From Promethearchaeota archaeon (GTDB taxonomy: Archaea; Asgardarchaeota; Lokiarchaeia; Sigyniarchaeales; SOKP01), in the NCBI GenBank assembly GCA_048941265.1, contig JBHLNT010000003.1, positions 1 through 20,690 of the forward strand: a stretch of 20,690 nucleotides of DNA. Reading direction: 5' to 3'. Shown piece after piece: positions 1-8,938 of this stretch (the first letter of the stretch is position 1; every line of letters begins with the position of its first letter). The notes beneath the pieces are model-generated. The model ran no database searches and was not told the origin of the DNA. It saw only the letters and a list, made by a program, of their open reading frames with translations. The translations under genes and the position numbers were made by a program.

Positions 1-452
1 TTATGGACAGCATCTGGAATTTCTTCAATTTTTCTAACAGTTTTTTGGTACTTAGTAATCGGTTTAAACATAGTGACTTGATCAAGATTACCTTGAAGTG
101 TAAAAGAATCTTCATACTTACTGTTTACTTGCGGTACAATTGCAACAACGGGGATATTATCACTCCATGCAGCTCCAACTCCGGGAACAAGATGTGTTGC
201 TCCTGGTCCTACTGTGCCAAAACACACTCCAGGTTTATTAGTTACTCTTGCGTAGGCATCTGCAGCATGAGCTGCGGCCTGTTCATGACGAAATAATATG
301 GTTTCAATACCTTGTTCTCTACCCCATCTATATACAGCATCATACATATTTAAAAATTGTCCACCAGGGATTCCAAACATATATTTAACATTCTCTTGGA
401 GCAGGCATTTTATTAATACATCTCCTCCATTAATCATTTTTTTTTCCGCCAT
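1..452 (-). CDS. Thiamine diphosphate-dependent enzyme (acetolactate synthase large subunit / 2-hydroxyacyl-CoA lyase superfamily), N-terminal 150 aa, runs off window edge
   Basis: Not in the ORF track. Manual translation from ATG at 452: MAEKKMINGGDVLIKCLLQENVKYMFGIPGGQ...FRHEQAAAHAADAYARVTNKPGVCFGTVGPGATHL...AWSDNIPVVAI...LDQVTMFKPITKY, a classic TPP_enzyme_N domain with the catalytic Glu. Confidence 0.93.
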   Translation of the reverse strand, partial: MAEKKMINGGDVLIKCLLQENVKYMFGIPGGQFLNMYDAVYRWGREQGIETILFRHEQAAAHAADAYARVTNKPGVCFGTVGPGATHLVPGVGAAWSDNIPVVAIVPQVNSKYEDSFTLQGNLDQVTMFKPITKYQKTVRKIEEIPDAVH

Positions 453-592
453 CTTTATCACTTTTTTTAAAATTTATAATGGTTGTTATGATTTTGTTTT
501 TTTATATTTAAAAAATTATCTGACATAATATAACTCTGCGAAATAGGAATTTCAATGAAAATTTATAATGAATTAAAATAAGATGGTCAAAG

Positions 593-941
593 ATGAAAGC
601 ACTAACATTTAAACTTGAAAAATATATTGAATTAAAACAAAAATTGGAACGTAATGTTAATTATAAACTTAATATCACGATTTAGTGGAATTAGAAGATA
701 TTCCTGAATATGATATAATTAATGAGAATTGGGTAAAAATAAAGGTTAAATTAGGAAGGATCTGTGGATCTGATCTTAATTTGTAAAGCAACTTGCTTTA
801 GAGTTGATTGAATCTGGGAAAGTGAATGTAAAGAATTTTCTATCTCATAAATTTTCGATTGAAAATTATAAAAAAGCGTTCGAGGTTGCATTAAATAAAA
901 GCCAATATAATTCTATTAAAATCGCGTTTCTTTATGATTAA
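593..941 (+). pseudogene. Remnant of a Zn-dependent medium-chain dehydrogenase/reductase (frameshift, stop, large internal deletion)
   Basis: Three frames: MKALTFKLEKY... from 593; ...ELEDIPEYDIINENWVKIKVKLGRICGSDLNL* (GxCGSD Zn motif at 754-774, stop 784-786); then QLALELIESGKVNVKNFLSHKFSIENYKKAFEVALNKSQYNSIKIAFLYD* (789-941), a typical MDR C-terminus. Confidence 0.85.
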
Positions 942-952
942 AGTACCAACTC

Positions 953-2356
953 TTAGAGCCCCAATTCCCTTAATTTCTTTTTAACTGCGAGCTTTTTCTC
1001 TCCTACTAGGTCGTACCATCTGAGCATTATCAAGAATGCTGTTAAATTTAAAAGAAATGGAATTAATCCCATGTGAATGCGTATTCCCCATATAGCTAGA
1101 GGAGTTTGTATTGCGTTAGGATCAGGATTGTAAGCTGTAGCGACGTGAACTATTGTAAAGACGACAGCTTGGAAGATTAGAGCAAATCGGAAGAAAAAGG
1201 TCCTAATTCCTTCATACATTGCTTCTTGATGTTTCCCGTCCGTAATGGTACATTCATCATAGACATCTGCTGCAACGGGACCTAAAGAAAGTGTATAAGC
1301 TCCGAGGGAAAAACCACCAACAAAGCTAAAAAATATAGCTTCTTCAATGGTGCTTATCCATAGAATGGGAGTATATGCTAAGGCACCCATTATAAGACTT
1401 GCTTTCATTACATTAGCAGCCCCATATTTATTAATTGCATTAGACCAAAAAGGAATAAACAGTATAAAACCAATAAAACCGGCTAATGAAAGATATATCG
1501 CATAATATAAGGGTAATCTTAAGACATCTTTCATAAAATATATTCCGGAAGCAGCATATAAAGTTCCTCCTAATGAGAGCAGCAAAAATACAAGGAAAGA
1601 TGATAAAAAATTTTTCCGTTTAAACGCTTTTTTCATTGTCTGCCAATAGGATTCAAGTTTTTCCCTTTCTTTGTTTTTATAACCTCGAAGAAAGCGCTCT
1701 TTTAATTCATTAGATTCGCGAATGCCTGGAATAAGAAAAACCACGAGTACAAGTCGAATAAAGAAAGTAATTAATGCAGATAAAATAAATGTTTCTTTGT
1801 TCCCGTAAACAATAATTAGCGGACCTATAAAACTCCAAGGTAACCCTAGTAAAGCAGGAATAATATTATTAAAGGCACTTGCTCTTCGACGTTCCATATC
1901 AGTACGGAAATGAGTTGTATATCCGGCATTTAAATGCGTCGTATAAATAGAAAAAAACAAGTCTAATGCACATGTAATAATAATAAAATACCAAAATACT
2001 GGCCAAGGATTAGTCGGATTTGCATCGGGTGATAGCATAATAATAAATCCAAGAATCGACGCAGGTATTATACCAATTAAGATCCAAGGAAATCTCATTC
2101 CCCATTTTTTCGTCCATTTGAAAGGTCGGTCGGTAAGATATCCTACAAGCGGATCATTGAACATATTCCATATTGCAAATATGACGAAAGCGATTCCTAA
2201 AAGTATGACAGGCAAACCAATCTCGACTTCAAAATAATAAAAAAGCAGGTTTATTGCAAAACTATTAGAAATAAGAAAACCCAGAGAATAAGAAAACATC
2301 TTTTTATTAGATACCAGTTCCCATTCAGATAAATGGATTTCATTTTCCTCACTCAT
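953..2356 (-). CDS. MFS transporter, glycoside-pentoside-hexuronide (MelB-like, MFS_2) family
   Basis: About 12 hydrophobic segments; WNMFNDPLVGYLTDR...KWGMRFPW motif, ERRR loop, ADVYD...GKHQEAMY motif. Confidence 0.9.
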   Translation of the reverse strand: MSEENEIHLSEWELVSNKKMFSYSLGFLISNSFAINLLFYYFEVEIGLPVILLGIAFVIFAIWNMFNDPLVGYLTDRPFKWTKKWGMRFPWILIGIIPASILGFIIMLSPDANPTNPWPVFWYFIIITCALDLFFSIYTTHLNAGYTTHFRTDMERRRASAFNNIIPALLGLPWSFIGPLIIVYGNKETFILSALITFFIRLVLVVFLIPGIRESNELKERFLRGYKNKEREKLESYWQTMKKAFKRKNFLSSFLVFLLLSLGGTLYAASGIYFMKDVLRLPLYYAIYLSLAGFIGFILFIPFWSNAINKYGAANVMKASLIMGALAYTPILWISTIEEAIFFSFVGGFSLGAYTLSLGPVAADVYDECTITDGKHQEAMYEGIRTFFFRFALIFQAVVFTIVHVATAYNPDPNAIQTPLAIWGIRIHMGLIPFLLNLTAFLIMLRWYDLVGEKKLAVKKKLRELGL

Positions 2357-2610
2357 ATCTCCATTCCTATATTTTTGTTTATTTTGACTCTTTTATGTAA
2401 ATAATTTGATAAGATTGATTTTAAGGAAAAACCTTTATTAAATTATATATTATCACTAAGTTCTATAAAAATATGACCTTGAAATCCTTATTTTAATCAA
2501 ATTGCGTGGGTAATTACGTCTGTTAAGTTTTTATAGAATATATTCTTGTTTTTAATTAGATCATATAATTAATAGTTAATAATTAATACAGAAAAAAGTG
2601 GAAATTAAAA

Positions 2611-4086
2611 ATGAGAACAAAAGAAGAATACATGAAAGATTTAGGCAAAATGAAAAAAAATATTTATTTTAACGGCGAAAAAATTGATCGATTGGATGAA
2701 CGGCAAATGAACTGTATCAATACGATTGGAACTACTTTTGATGTAGTTGATGATCCAGAGTTTAAGGATTTAATACTCGTAAAATCTCATCTTACCGGTG
2801 AAATAATAAATAGATTCACGCATATTCATCATAGTACTGAAGACCTTCATAAAAAGCAAGATATGACTCGAAAACTCTGCCAGAAAGTTGGCGGATGTAT
2901 TCAACGTTGCATGGGCTGCGATGCTGCAAACGCCGTCTATAATGTGAGTTATGAAGCGGATAAAGTTAATAAAGGAAAAACGAATTATCACGAGAATTTT
3001 AAAAAATGGTTGCTTCGATTTCAAAAGGAAGATTTAATCGCAGCCGCTGCTCAAACTGATGTGAAAGGAGATAGGATTAAAAGACCCGCAGATCAAGCTG
3101 ACCCTGATATGTATGTTCATGTTGTGGATAAGAATGATGATGGTATCGTAGTTCGGGGGTGTAAACTTCATATATCTGAGGCTTCTGTTTCTGATGAAAT
3201 TTTAGTGGTTCCTACAAGGGCTTTAAGAAAAGAAGATAAAGATTATGCGGTTTCATTTGCTGTACCCGGGGATTATGACGGGGTAATACAATCGGTAACC
3301 ATTCATAATCTTCGACCAAGGGAATATTTTAAACGCGGATTTATGCCGGGAGCTACAGATTCATATATCATTTTTGATGATGTCTTTGTTCCATGGGAAA
3401 GGGTCTTCTTATGTGGAGAATACCAACATGGTGGCGCTCTCGCTTTACTATTTGGCCTATTTCATCGTCATAGTTATTCGGGATGTAAACCAGCCATAGG
3501 AGATTTAGTTGTGGGTACTGCCGCATTAGCAGCAGAATATAACAATATTGATAAAGCATCTCATGTAAGGGGTAAATTGGCGGAACTTATCATGGTCACA
3601 GAGCTAGGTTATGCCGCAGGGTACACAGCTTCTGATTTAGGGAAATCTGAAGTATACGTACCGGGCGTAGGACTTATACCATATGGCCCTGGGAGTTATA
3701 TCCCAGATTCAATCTATTGCAATGTTGGGAGATGTTTAACAGGAGAAAATGTATATCGCGAAGCGGAAATAATTTGTGACCTCTCAGGTGGTATTCCGGC
3801 TACGTTTCCTCATGAAAAAGACTTCTTAAATCCAGAACTAAAGGAACATCTTTATAAATATATCACCAGAAATCCAAGAGTTGCACCTGAAAATGCTGCA
3901 CAATTCTGGAGGTTTGTTGGAGATATGCTATGCTCTGCAAGGGGAGGCATTGCCCAAGTTGGAGGGTATCACGGCGGTGGGTCCCCTGTAATGGAGCAAA
4001 TCGCGATCACATCACAATACGATATCGAATCCCGAAAAAAAATGGTAAAAGAGATTGCTGGAATTAACGATAAATTAAACAAGTAA
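2611..4086 (+). CDS. abfD: 4-hydroxybutyryl-CoA dehydratase/vinylacetyl-CoA isomerase-like protein (HpaB/AbfD family)
   Basis: CIQRC (C96, C100), QTDVKGDR, FDDVFVPWERVF, HRHSYSGCK (H285, Y289, C292), HGGGSP. The [4Fe-4S] ligand set of AbfD is present. Confidence 0.88.
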   Translation: MRTKEEYMKDLGKMKKNIYFNGEKIDRLDERQMNCINTIGTTFDVVDDPEFKDLILVKSHLTGEIINRFTHIHHSTEDLHKKQDMTRKLCQKVGGCIQRCMGCDAANAVYNVSYEADKVNKGKTNYHENFKKWLLRFQKEDLIAAAAQTDVKGDRIKRPADQADPDMYVHVVDKNDDGIVVRGCKLHISEASVSDEILVVPTRALRKEDKDYAVSFAVPGDYDGVIQSVTIHNLRPREYFKRGFMPGATDSYIIFDDVFVPWERVFLCGEYQHGGALALLFGLFHRHSYSGCKPAIGDLVVGTAALAAEYNNIDKASHVRGKLAELIMVTELGYAAGYTASDLGKSEVYVPGVGLIPYGPGSYIPDSIYCNVGRCLTGENVYREAEIICDLSGGIPATFPHEKDFLNPELKEHLYKYITRNPRVAPENAAQFWRFVGDMLCSARGGIAQVGGYHGGGSPVMEQIAITSQYDIESRKKMVKEIAGINDKLNK

Positions 4087-4505
4087 ATCTTCATTAGAAA
4101 AAAATCTTAACCAAAATCTTAAAGAAAACGAAGTAAACCATATCAAAATTAATTAATCATTTTTATTTTATTCTCTTTAATTGTAAAATTTAAAAGCTAT
4201 ATCAAGAGAATGTTTGGTTCTAATACATACGTTATAATTTTAGATTAATAAGGAATTATATAAGGTTTTAATCCGTTTTTAGGGGTTTAATTTTTTGGTA
4301 ATCCTCCAAAATTCTATCAAATCGAAAGTTAAGGAAGGTGTTGAAACTCAATTTAATATAAATAAATCTGTAAAAGCCTTCTTAAAGTCACGACTAGGGT
4401 TAAATTCATTTTAATTTACAAAACATTCTCTGATAACCAAAATGCCAATCCTGTGCTAGCATCCCTGCCGTCTAAAGAAGTATTTTGTCTTGTTAAAAAG
4501 CTCGA

Positions 4506-5561
4506 TTAAATTAGAAAAATATCAAGTGAATTAAAAAATTTTTTTAATGAGTCGGGAACAGATTTTATTTTATTTTTATGCATTCTTAATTCACTTAATA
4601 ACTCTAAATTTTTAATGGAGCTAGGAATTATCTGAATATTATTATGGCTTAAATCCAAGATTTTTAGTGAATTAAGAGTACAAATTGAGTCTGAAAATTC
4701 ATTGATATTATTATGACTTAAATCTAATTTTTTAATTGAAGATAATAAGCCAATTGAATCAGGAATATAAGTTATTTTATTATGGCTTAAATTCAGAATT
4801 TTCAGGAATCTAAGCAATCCAATTGATTCAGGAATTTTTACAGAATTATTATAATTAAGATTTAATTTCTGAATTGACCTTAAGAATAAATCGGGACTGC
4901 TTAATTTCATAATAGCCTCTATGTTATCTTTATTTTCTTTCAAGAATTTCCAATTATAATAGTTAAAATTTAAAATTTCAACATGTTCCTCTTTTAAAAC
5001 TAGCCAAGGTTCGCCACTTTTAAAATCAATTAAAATCTTGAAGTATTTATATATGCTGGTGTCAATTTCGTAATTTTCATTTCCATTTGCGAATAAAGCC
5101 TCTAGATCTAAGAAAAATTTAGCTTCTTCCCGTGTAACTCCAATTTCTAATGCGAATCTCTCCATCCATCTATTAAGTTCCATATTTAAAAATTCTAAAG
5201 GTTGCTCTTTAAAATTATTTAAGAATTCAAAGATAGTCTTCAAAACTAAAGGTGAATTGTCATGTGTTATTGCCCATTTTAATGAATTTAAGCCATCCTT
5301 AAGATAATGATGAGAAATAACTCGAGCAGCAGCATTTCGAACAAATGGATTTTTATCGGATATCAAATGATTCTCAACGATATTAAAAATTTGTTTCGAT
5401 ATAATTGAGATTTTATCTAACCCGATTATGCTTTCAGTGCGTATATTAGAATTATCGCTACCCTCAATCAATGAAATTAATAAATCCGCCGCATCTACTT
5501 TACTTATTATTCCATTTTTTACTTTTTCTATAATTTCTCGAGGTTTTAAAGGTTTACTCAT
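4506..5561 (-). CDS. HEAT-repeat plus leucine-rich repeat protein
   Basis: N-terminal HEAT-like helices (LISDKNPFVRNAAARVI; ITHDNSPLV) and C-terminal 23-aa LRRs LxxLxLSHNxIxxIPxSIxxL. Confidence 0.85.
   Translation of the reverse strand: MSKPLKPREIIEKVKNGIISKVDAADLLISLIEGSDNSNIRTESIIGLDKISIISKQIFNIVENHLISDKNPFVRNAAARVISHHYLKDGLNSLKWAITHDNSPLVLKTIFEFLNNFKEQPLEFLNMELNRWMERFALEIGVTREEAKFFLDLEALFANGNENYEIDTSIYKYFKILIDFKSGEPWLVLKEEHVEILNFNYYNWKFLKENKDNIEAIMKLSSPDLFLRSIQKLNLNYNNSVKIPESIGLLRFLKILNLSHNKITYIPDSIGLLSSIKKLDLSHNNINEFSDSICTLNSLKILDLSHNNIQIIPSSIKNLELLSELRMHKNKIKSVPDSLKKFFNSLDIFLI
4545..4845 (-). repeat. About 4 tandem 69-bp LRR-coding units
   Basis: Recurring ttattatg(g/a)cttaaat near 4638, 4707 and 4776 (69-nt period), encoding LSHN repeats. 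Confidence 0.8.
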
Positions 5562-5685
5562 TTTCTGAGCCAGTCCTTTTTAAGGAAAAAATCTAATTTC
5601 ATTCCTTATTATAATATTAATCTTTATCTAAAATAAAACTATAAGTATGCTTATTCATAAAAAATTGAGTGAATAAATCAAGTTA

Positions 5686-6684
5686 CTACCTTTCTATCCC
5701 TAGCATTTTTATGATTAAATCTGCCATGCTGTATGGATCGAGAGATTTCTCAATAACCTTATTAATATATTGATTAATATCTTTTTGATTAGAGTTAATT
5801 AAATCCTCTACCTTTTTCTGCAATTTATGCTTTAAGATTTGTAAGGTTTCACTTTTGATCCTATTTTTTAAATAATTTGAAATTACGCCTGTATCTTCTA
5901 AGAACTTTTTGTGTTTATTAATAATTTTAAGGAGTTCTTTAAAATTTTCTCCGGTTTTAGAATTTACCTTTAAAATCTCTGGAGTCCATGCCACTAATTT
6001 GGAATATTCATCTCGATATTGGTTAGATTGATATTTAAAGTTTGAGTTTAACTCTAGCATTTGACTGATTTCAGCAACTTTCCTATCAGCCCCTGGGAAA
6101 TCCATCTTGTTTACCACAAAAATATCAGTAATTTCCATGATTCCAGCTTTTATAGCTTGAATGTCATCGCCTAAACCCGGGACTATTAGAACAATAACAG
6201 TTTCGGCTGACTTAAATATATCTACTTCTGATTGTCCAACTCCAACAGTTTCCACTATAATAATATCGCATCCATATGCATCTAAAATTTTTATAACGTC
6301 TTCGGTTGCTCTTGCGAGCCCTCCTAACTGACCCCTATTCGCCATGCTTCTAATAAATACTTTATTGAGGGTAAAGTGTTGTTTCATCCGGATTCTATCT
6401 CCTAAAAGCGCTCCCCCTGTAATTGGAGAAGTAGGATCTACACAAATAATACCTACTTTTTTCTCTTGCTCAATGAAGATTTTAGTTAGAGTAGAGATAA
6501 AAGTCGATTTCCCGCTACCTGGAGCTCCAGTAATGCCTAAAATATAAGCATTTCCCGTATTTTTATATATTGAATTAATAATTGTTTCTGCTGCGTCAAT
6601 ATCGTTTTCAACAATGGTAATTAGCCGGGCAGCAGCTCTCGTATCCCCTTCGAGTAATTTAGTGATTAAATTGGAGTATTCCAT
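5686..6684 (-). CDS. meaB: Acyl-CoA mutase-associated G-protein chaperone MeaB/ArgK
   Basis: GITGAPGSGKST, VDPTSPITGGALLGDRIRM, ETVGVGQSE, GDDIQAIKAGIMEI, NKMD. Confidence 0.97.
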   Translation of the reverse strand: MEYSNLITKLLEGDTRAAARLITIVENDIDAAETIINSIYKNTGNAYILGITGAPGSGKSTFISTLTKIFIEQEKKVGIICVDPTSPITGGALLGDRIRMKQHFTLNKVFIRSMANRGQLGGLARATEDVIKILDAYGCDIIIVETVGVGQSEVDIFKSAETVIVLIVPGLGDDIQAIKAGIMEITDIFVVNKMDFPGADRKVAEISQMLELNSNFKYQSNQYRDEYSKLVAWTPEILKVNSKTGENFKELLKIINKHKKFLEDTGVISNYLKNRIKSETLQILKHKLQKKVEDLINSNQKDINQYINKVIEKSLDPYSMADLIIKMLGIER

Positions 6685-6689
6685 TAGAA

Positions 6690-7091
6690 TTATCTCTTAA
6701 GATTGTTTTGAACAAAATCTACGATTGTCTGCAGATCAGTTCCCGGACCATAAAAACCTTTTAATCCATGTTCTTCTAAAAATGGTTTGTCCTCATCTGG
6801 AATAATCCCACCTACAGCAACCAGAACATCATCGATATTTTGTTCTTTCAGTTTTTGCATGATAACGGGACAAATTGCGTTATGTGATCCGCTTAACATG
6901 CTCAACATAACGGCATCAGGATCTTCTTGTATAACCGTATTTACAATATCATCTGGAGTTTGATGGATTCCAGTATATATAACTTCCATGCCCGCATCTC
7001 TTAATGCGCGTGCGAGGACTTTTGCCCCCCTATCATGACCATCTAATCCAGGTTTACAAACCAAAACCTTAATTTTTCTTTTCTCAGTCAT
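6690..7091 (-). CDS. B12-binding (small) subunit of acyl-CoA mutase
   Basis: KPGLDGHDRG (DxHxxG), SMLSGSH, GGIIP, GPGT. AGGAGG ribosome-binding site upstream. Confidence 0.96.
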   Translation of the reverse strand: MTEKRKIKVLVCKPGLDGHDRGAKVLARALRDAGMEVIYTGIHQTPDDIVNTVIQEDPDAVMLSMLSGSHNAICPVIMQKLKEQNIDDVLVAVGGIIPDEDKPFLEEHGLKGFYGPGTDLQTIVDFVQNNLKR

Positions 7092-7098
7092 TACAAAT

Positions 7099-7104
7099 CC
7101 TCCT
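7099..7104 (-). promoter_or_regulatory. Shine-Dalgarno-like AGGAGG for the B12-binding subunit
   Basis: cctcct on the + strand, 7 nt before the ATG at 7091, in the 13-nt gap after the large subunit. Confidence 0.6.
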
Positions 7105-8769
7105 TTAATATATTGAATCTTCTACATATACTCCAAAAACTTCTTTTAACACATTCATAATTTCTCCTATTGAGGCATATTCTCTTACCGCATCGATAAT
7201 ATAAGGCATTAAATTTTCAGTACTCCCTGCTGCCTCCTTTAATTTTTCTAATTTTTCTTTAAGTTTCGCATTATCTCTTTCTTGTTTTACTTTATTTAGA
7301 TTATTTATTTGTTCTTCAGCGATTTTTTCATCAATTTTTAATAATTGAGTTGTGGTTTCTTCTGCAAGTTTAAACTGATTAACACCTACAATAATTCTTT
7401 CTTGGTTTTCAACCTCTTGTTGATAATTATATGAAGCATTCGCAATTTCTTTTTGGAAAAAATTAGCCTTAATAGCTTGAACAATCCCTCCTAGTTCTTC
7501 AATCCTTTCGAAATATTTTTCAGCTTCCGTTTCCATTTTATTGGTGAGCCACTCAATATAATAAGAGCCTGCTAAAGGATCTACAGTATCTGTTACCCCA
7601 GATTCATGGGCTATAATTTGCTGAGTTCTTAAGGCGATTCTTACCGCTTTTTCCGTTGGAAGGCAAAGTGCCTCGTCAAATGAATTTGTATGTAGAGATT
7701 GGGTCCCGCCTAAAATTGATGATAAAGCTTGTAAAGTAACCCTAACTATGTTATTTTCGGGTTCTTGAGCAGTTAATGATACGCCGGCAGTCTGGGTATG
7801 AAATCTTAATCTCATTGATTCAGGTTGTTTTGCCCCATATTTATTTTTCATTCTTTTCGCCCAAATCCTTCGTGCGGCTCGATATTTACAGATTTCTTCA
7901 AAAAAATTATTGTGTGAGTTAAAGAAAAATGATAATCTTGGAGCAAAATCATCTACATCCAACCCTCTTTCTATTGCAGCCTCAACATAACCAAAACCAT
8001 CCGCTAATGTGAAAGCGAGTTCTTGTACTGCTGTAGAACCCGCTTCTCGAATATGATATCCACTAATAGATATAGTGTACCATTGTGGTACATATTTCGC
8101 ACAATATTCAATTGTATCAATGATTAGCCGCATTGATGGCTCTGGGGGGAAAACCCAAGATTTTTGGGCAATATACTCTTTAAGGATATCGTTTTGTATA
8201 GTACCTCTGAGCTGATCTGGAGAATGCCCTTGTTTTTCAGCGACGACAATATACATTGCCAGAAGAATCGAAGCGGGGGCATTGATTGTCATAGAAGTCG
8301 AAATTTTTGATAAATCTATCCCATCAAATAACACTTCCATGTCTTTTAAAGTATCAATTGATACTCCTTCTTTTCCAACCTCACCTAAAGCTTTATCATC
8401 ATCTGCTTCAATCCCATATATGGTATGGAGACTAAATGCCACACTTAAACCCGTTTGTCCATGATCCAATAAAAATTTATAACGTTGATTAGTCTGATCA
8501 GCGGTTCCAAATCCCGCAAATTGTCTCATAGTCCATAAACGGCCTCTATACATATTTGGATATGCACCACGTGTAAAAGGATATTGACCTGGAAAACCTA
8601 AAGTATTGGCATAATCTAAATCTTTTATATCGTTTGGTGTATATAATCGCTTAATTTCAATATCCGATAAATTTCGAAAACTCTTCTGCCTTTCTTTTTT
8701 TGCAGCATCTTTGAGAATATCTTCTTCCCACTTTTGCTTTTCAGTTTCAATTTCATTTATTTCTGTCAT
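7105..8769 (-). CDS. B12-dependent acyl-CoA mutase large (substrate-binding) subunit, methylmalonyl-CoA mutase family; isobutyryl-CoA mutase-type signature
   Basis: PGQYPFTRG, WTMRQFAGFG, GTIQNDILKEYIAQK, SISGYHIREAG, FHTQTAG, GTQSLHTNSFDEA. Confidence 0.95.
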   Translation of the reverse strand: MTEINEIETEKQKWEEDILKDAAKKERQKSFRNLSDIEIKRLYTPNDIKDLDYANTLGFPGQYPFTRGAYPNMYRGRLWTMRQFAGFGTADQTNQRYKFLLDHGQTGLSVAFSLHTIYGIEADDDKALGEVGKEGVSIDTLKDMEVLFDGIDLSKISTSMTINAPASILLAMYIVVAEKQGHSPDQLRGTIQNDILKEYIAQKSWVFPPEPSMRLIIDTIEYCAKYVPQWYTISISGYHIREAGSTAVQELAFTLADGFGYVEAAIERGLDVDDFAPRLSFFFNSHNNFFEEICKYRAARRIWAKRMKNKYGAKQPESMRLRFHTQTAGVSLTAQEPENNIVRVTLQALSSILGGTQSLHTNSFDEALCLPTEKAVRIALRTQQIIAHESGVTDTVDPLAGSYYIEWLTNKMETEAEKYFERIEELGGIVQAIKANFFQKEIANASYNYQQEVENQERIIVGVNQFKLAEETTTQLLKIDEKIAEEQINNLNKVKQERDNAKLKEKLEKLKEAAGSTENLMPYIIDAVREYASIGEIMNVLKEVFGVYVEDSIY

Positions 8770-8938
8770 AATAAGATGCCTATTAAGGTGTATAATTATG
8801 AGATTTATATTTAATATTTCATCTGCTTAATTTCTATTCAATTTAGATAAGAGATTAAGATTATTAACTTTTATTAAATTTCATGTTTAAGGTTTTAAAT
8901 ATCGATATACAAAACTCACTTAAATGCTAATAAAAATT

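Noticed and set aside
3-528. Track ORFs 3..296 and 298..528 (+)
   Set aside because: Antisense shadows of the ThDP enzyme gene on the minus strand, which has clear motifs.
2357-2610. Specific BRE/TATA promoters in the divergent MFS/abfD spacer (e.g. near 2426-2441 and 2525-2536)
   Set aside because: Plausible, but not distinguishable from background in such AT-rich DNA.
4545-4845. Periodic DNA repeats as a possible CRISPR array
   Set aside because: Degenerate 69-nt period, in frame, fully explained by LRR coding; no cas genes.
8770-8938. Cobalamin riboswitch upstream of the mutase (also checked 9497-9700)
   Set aside because: Very AT-rich spacers with no B12-box or GC-paired stems visible.
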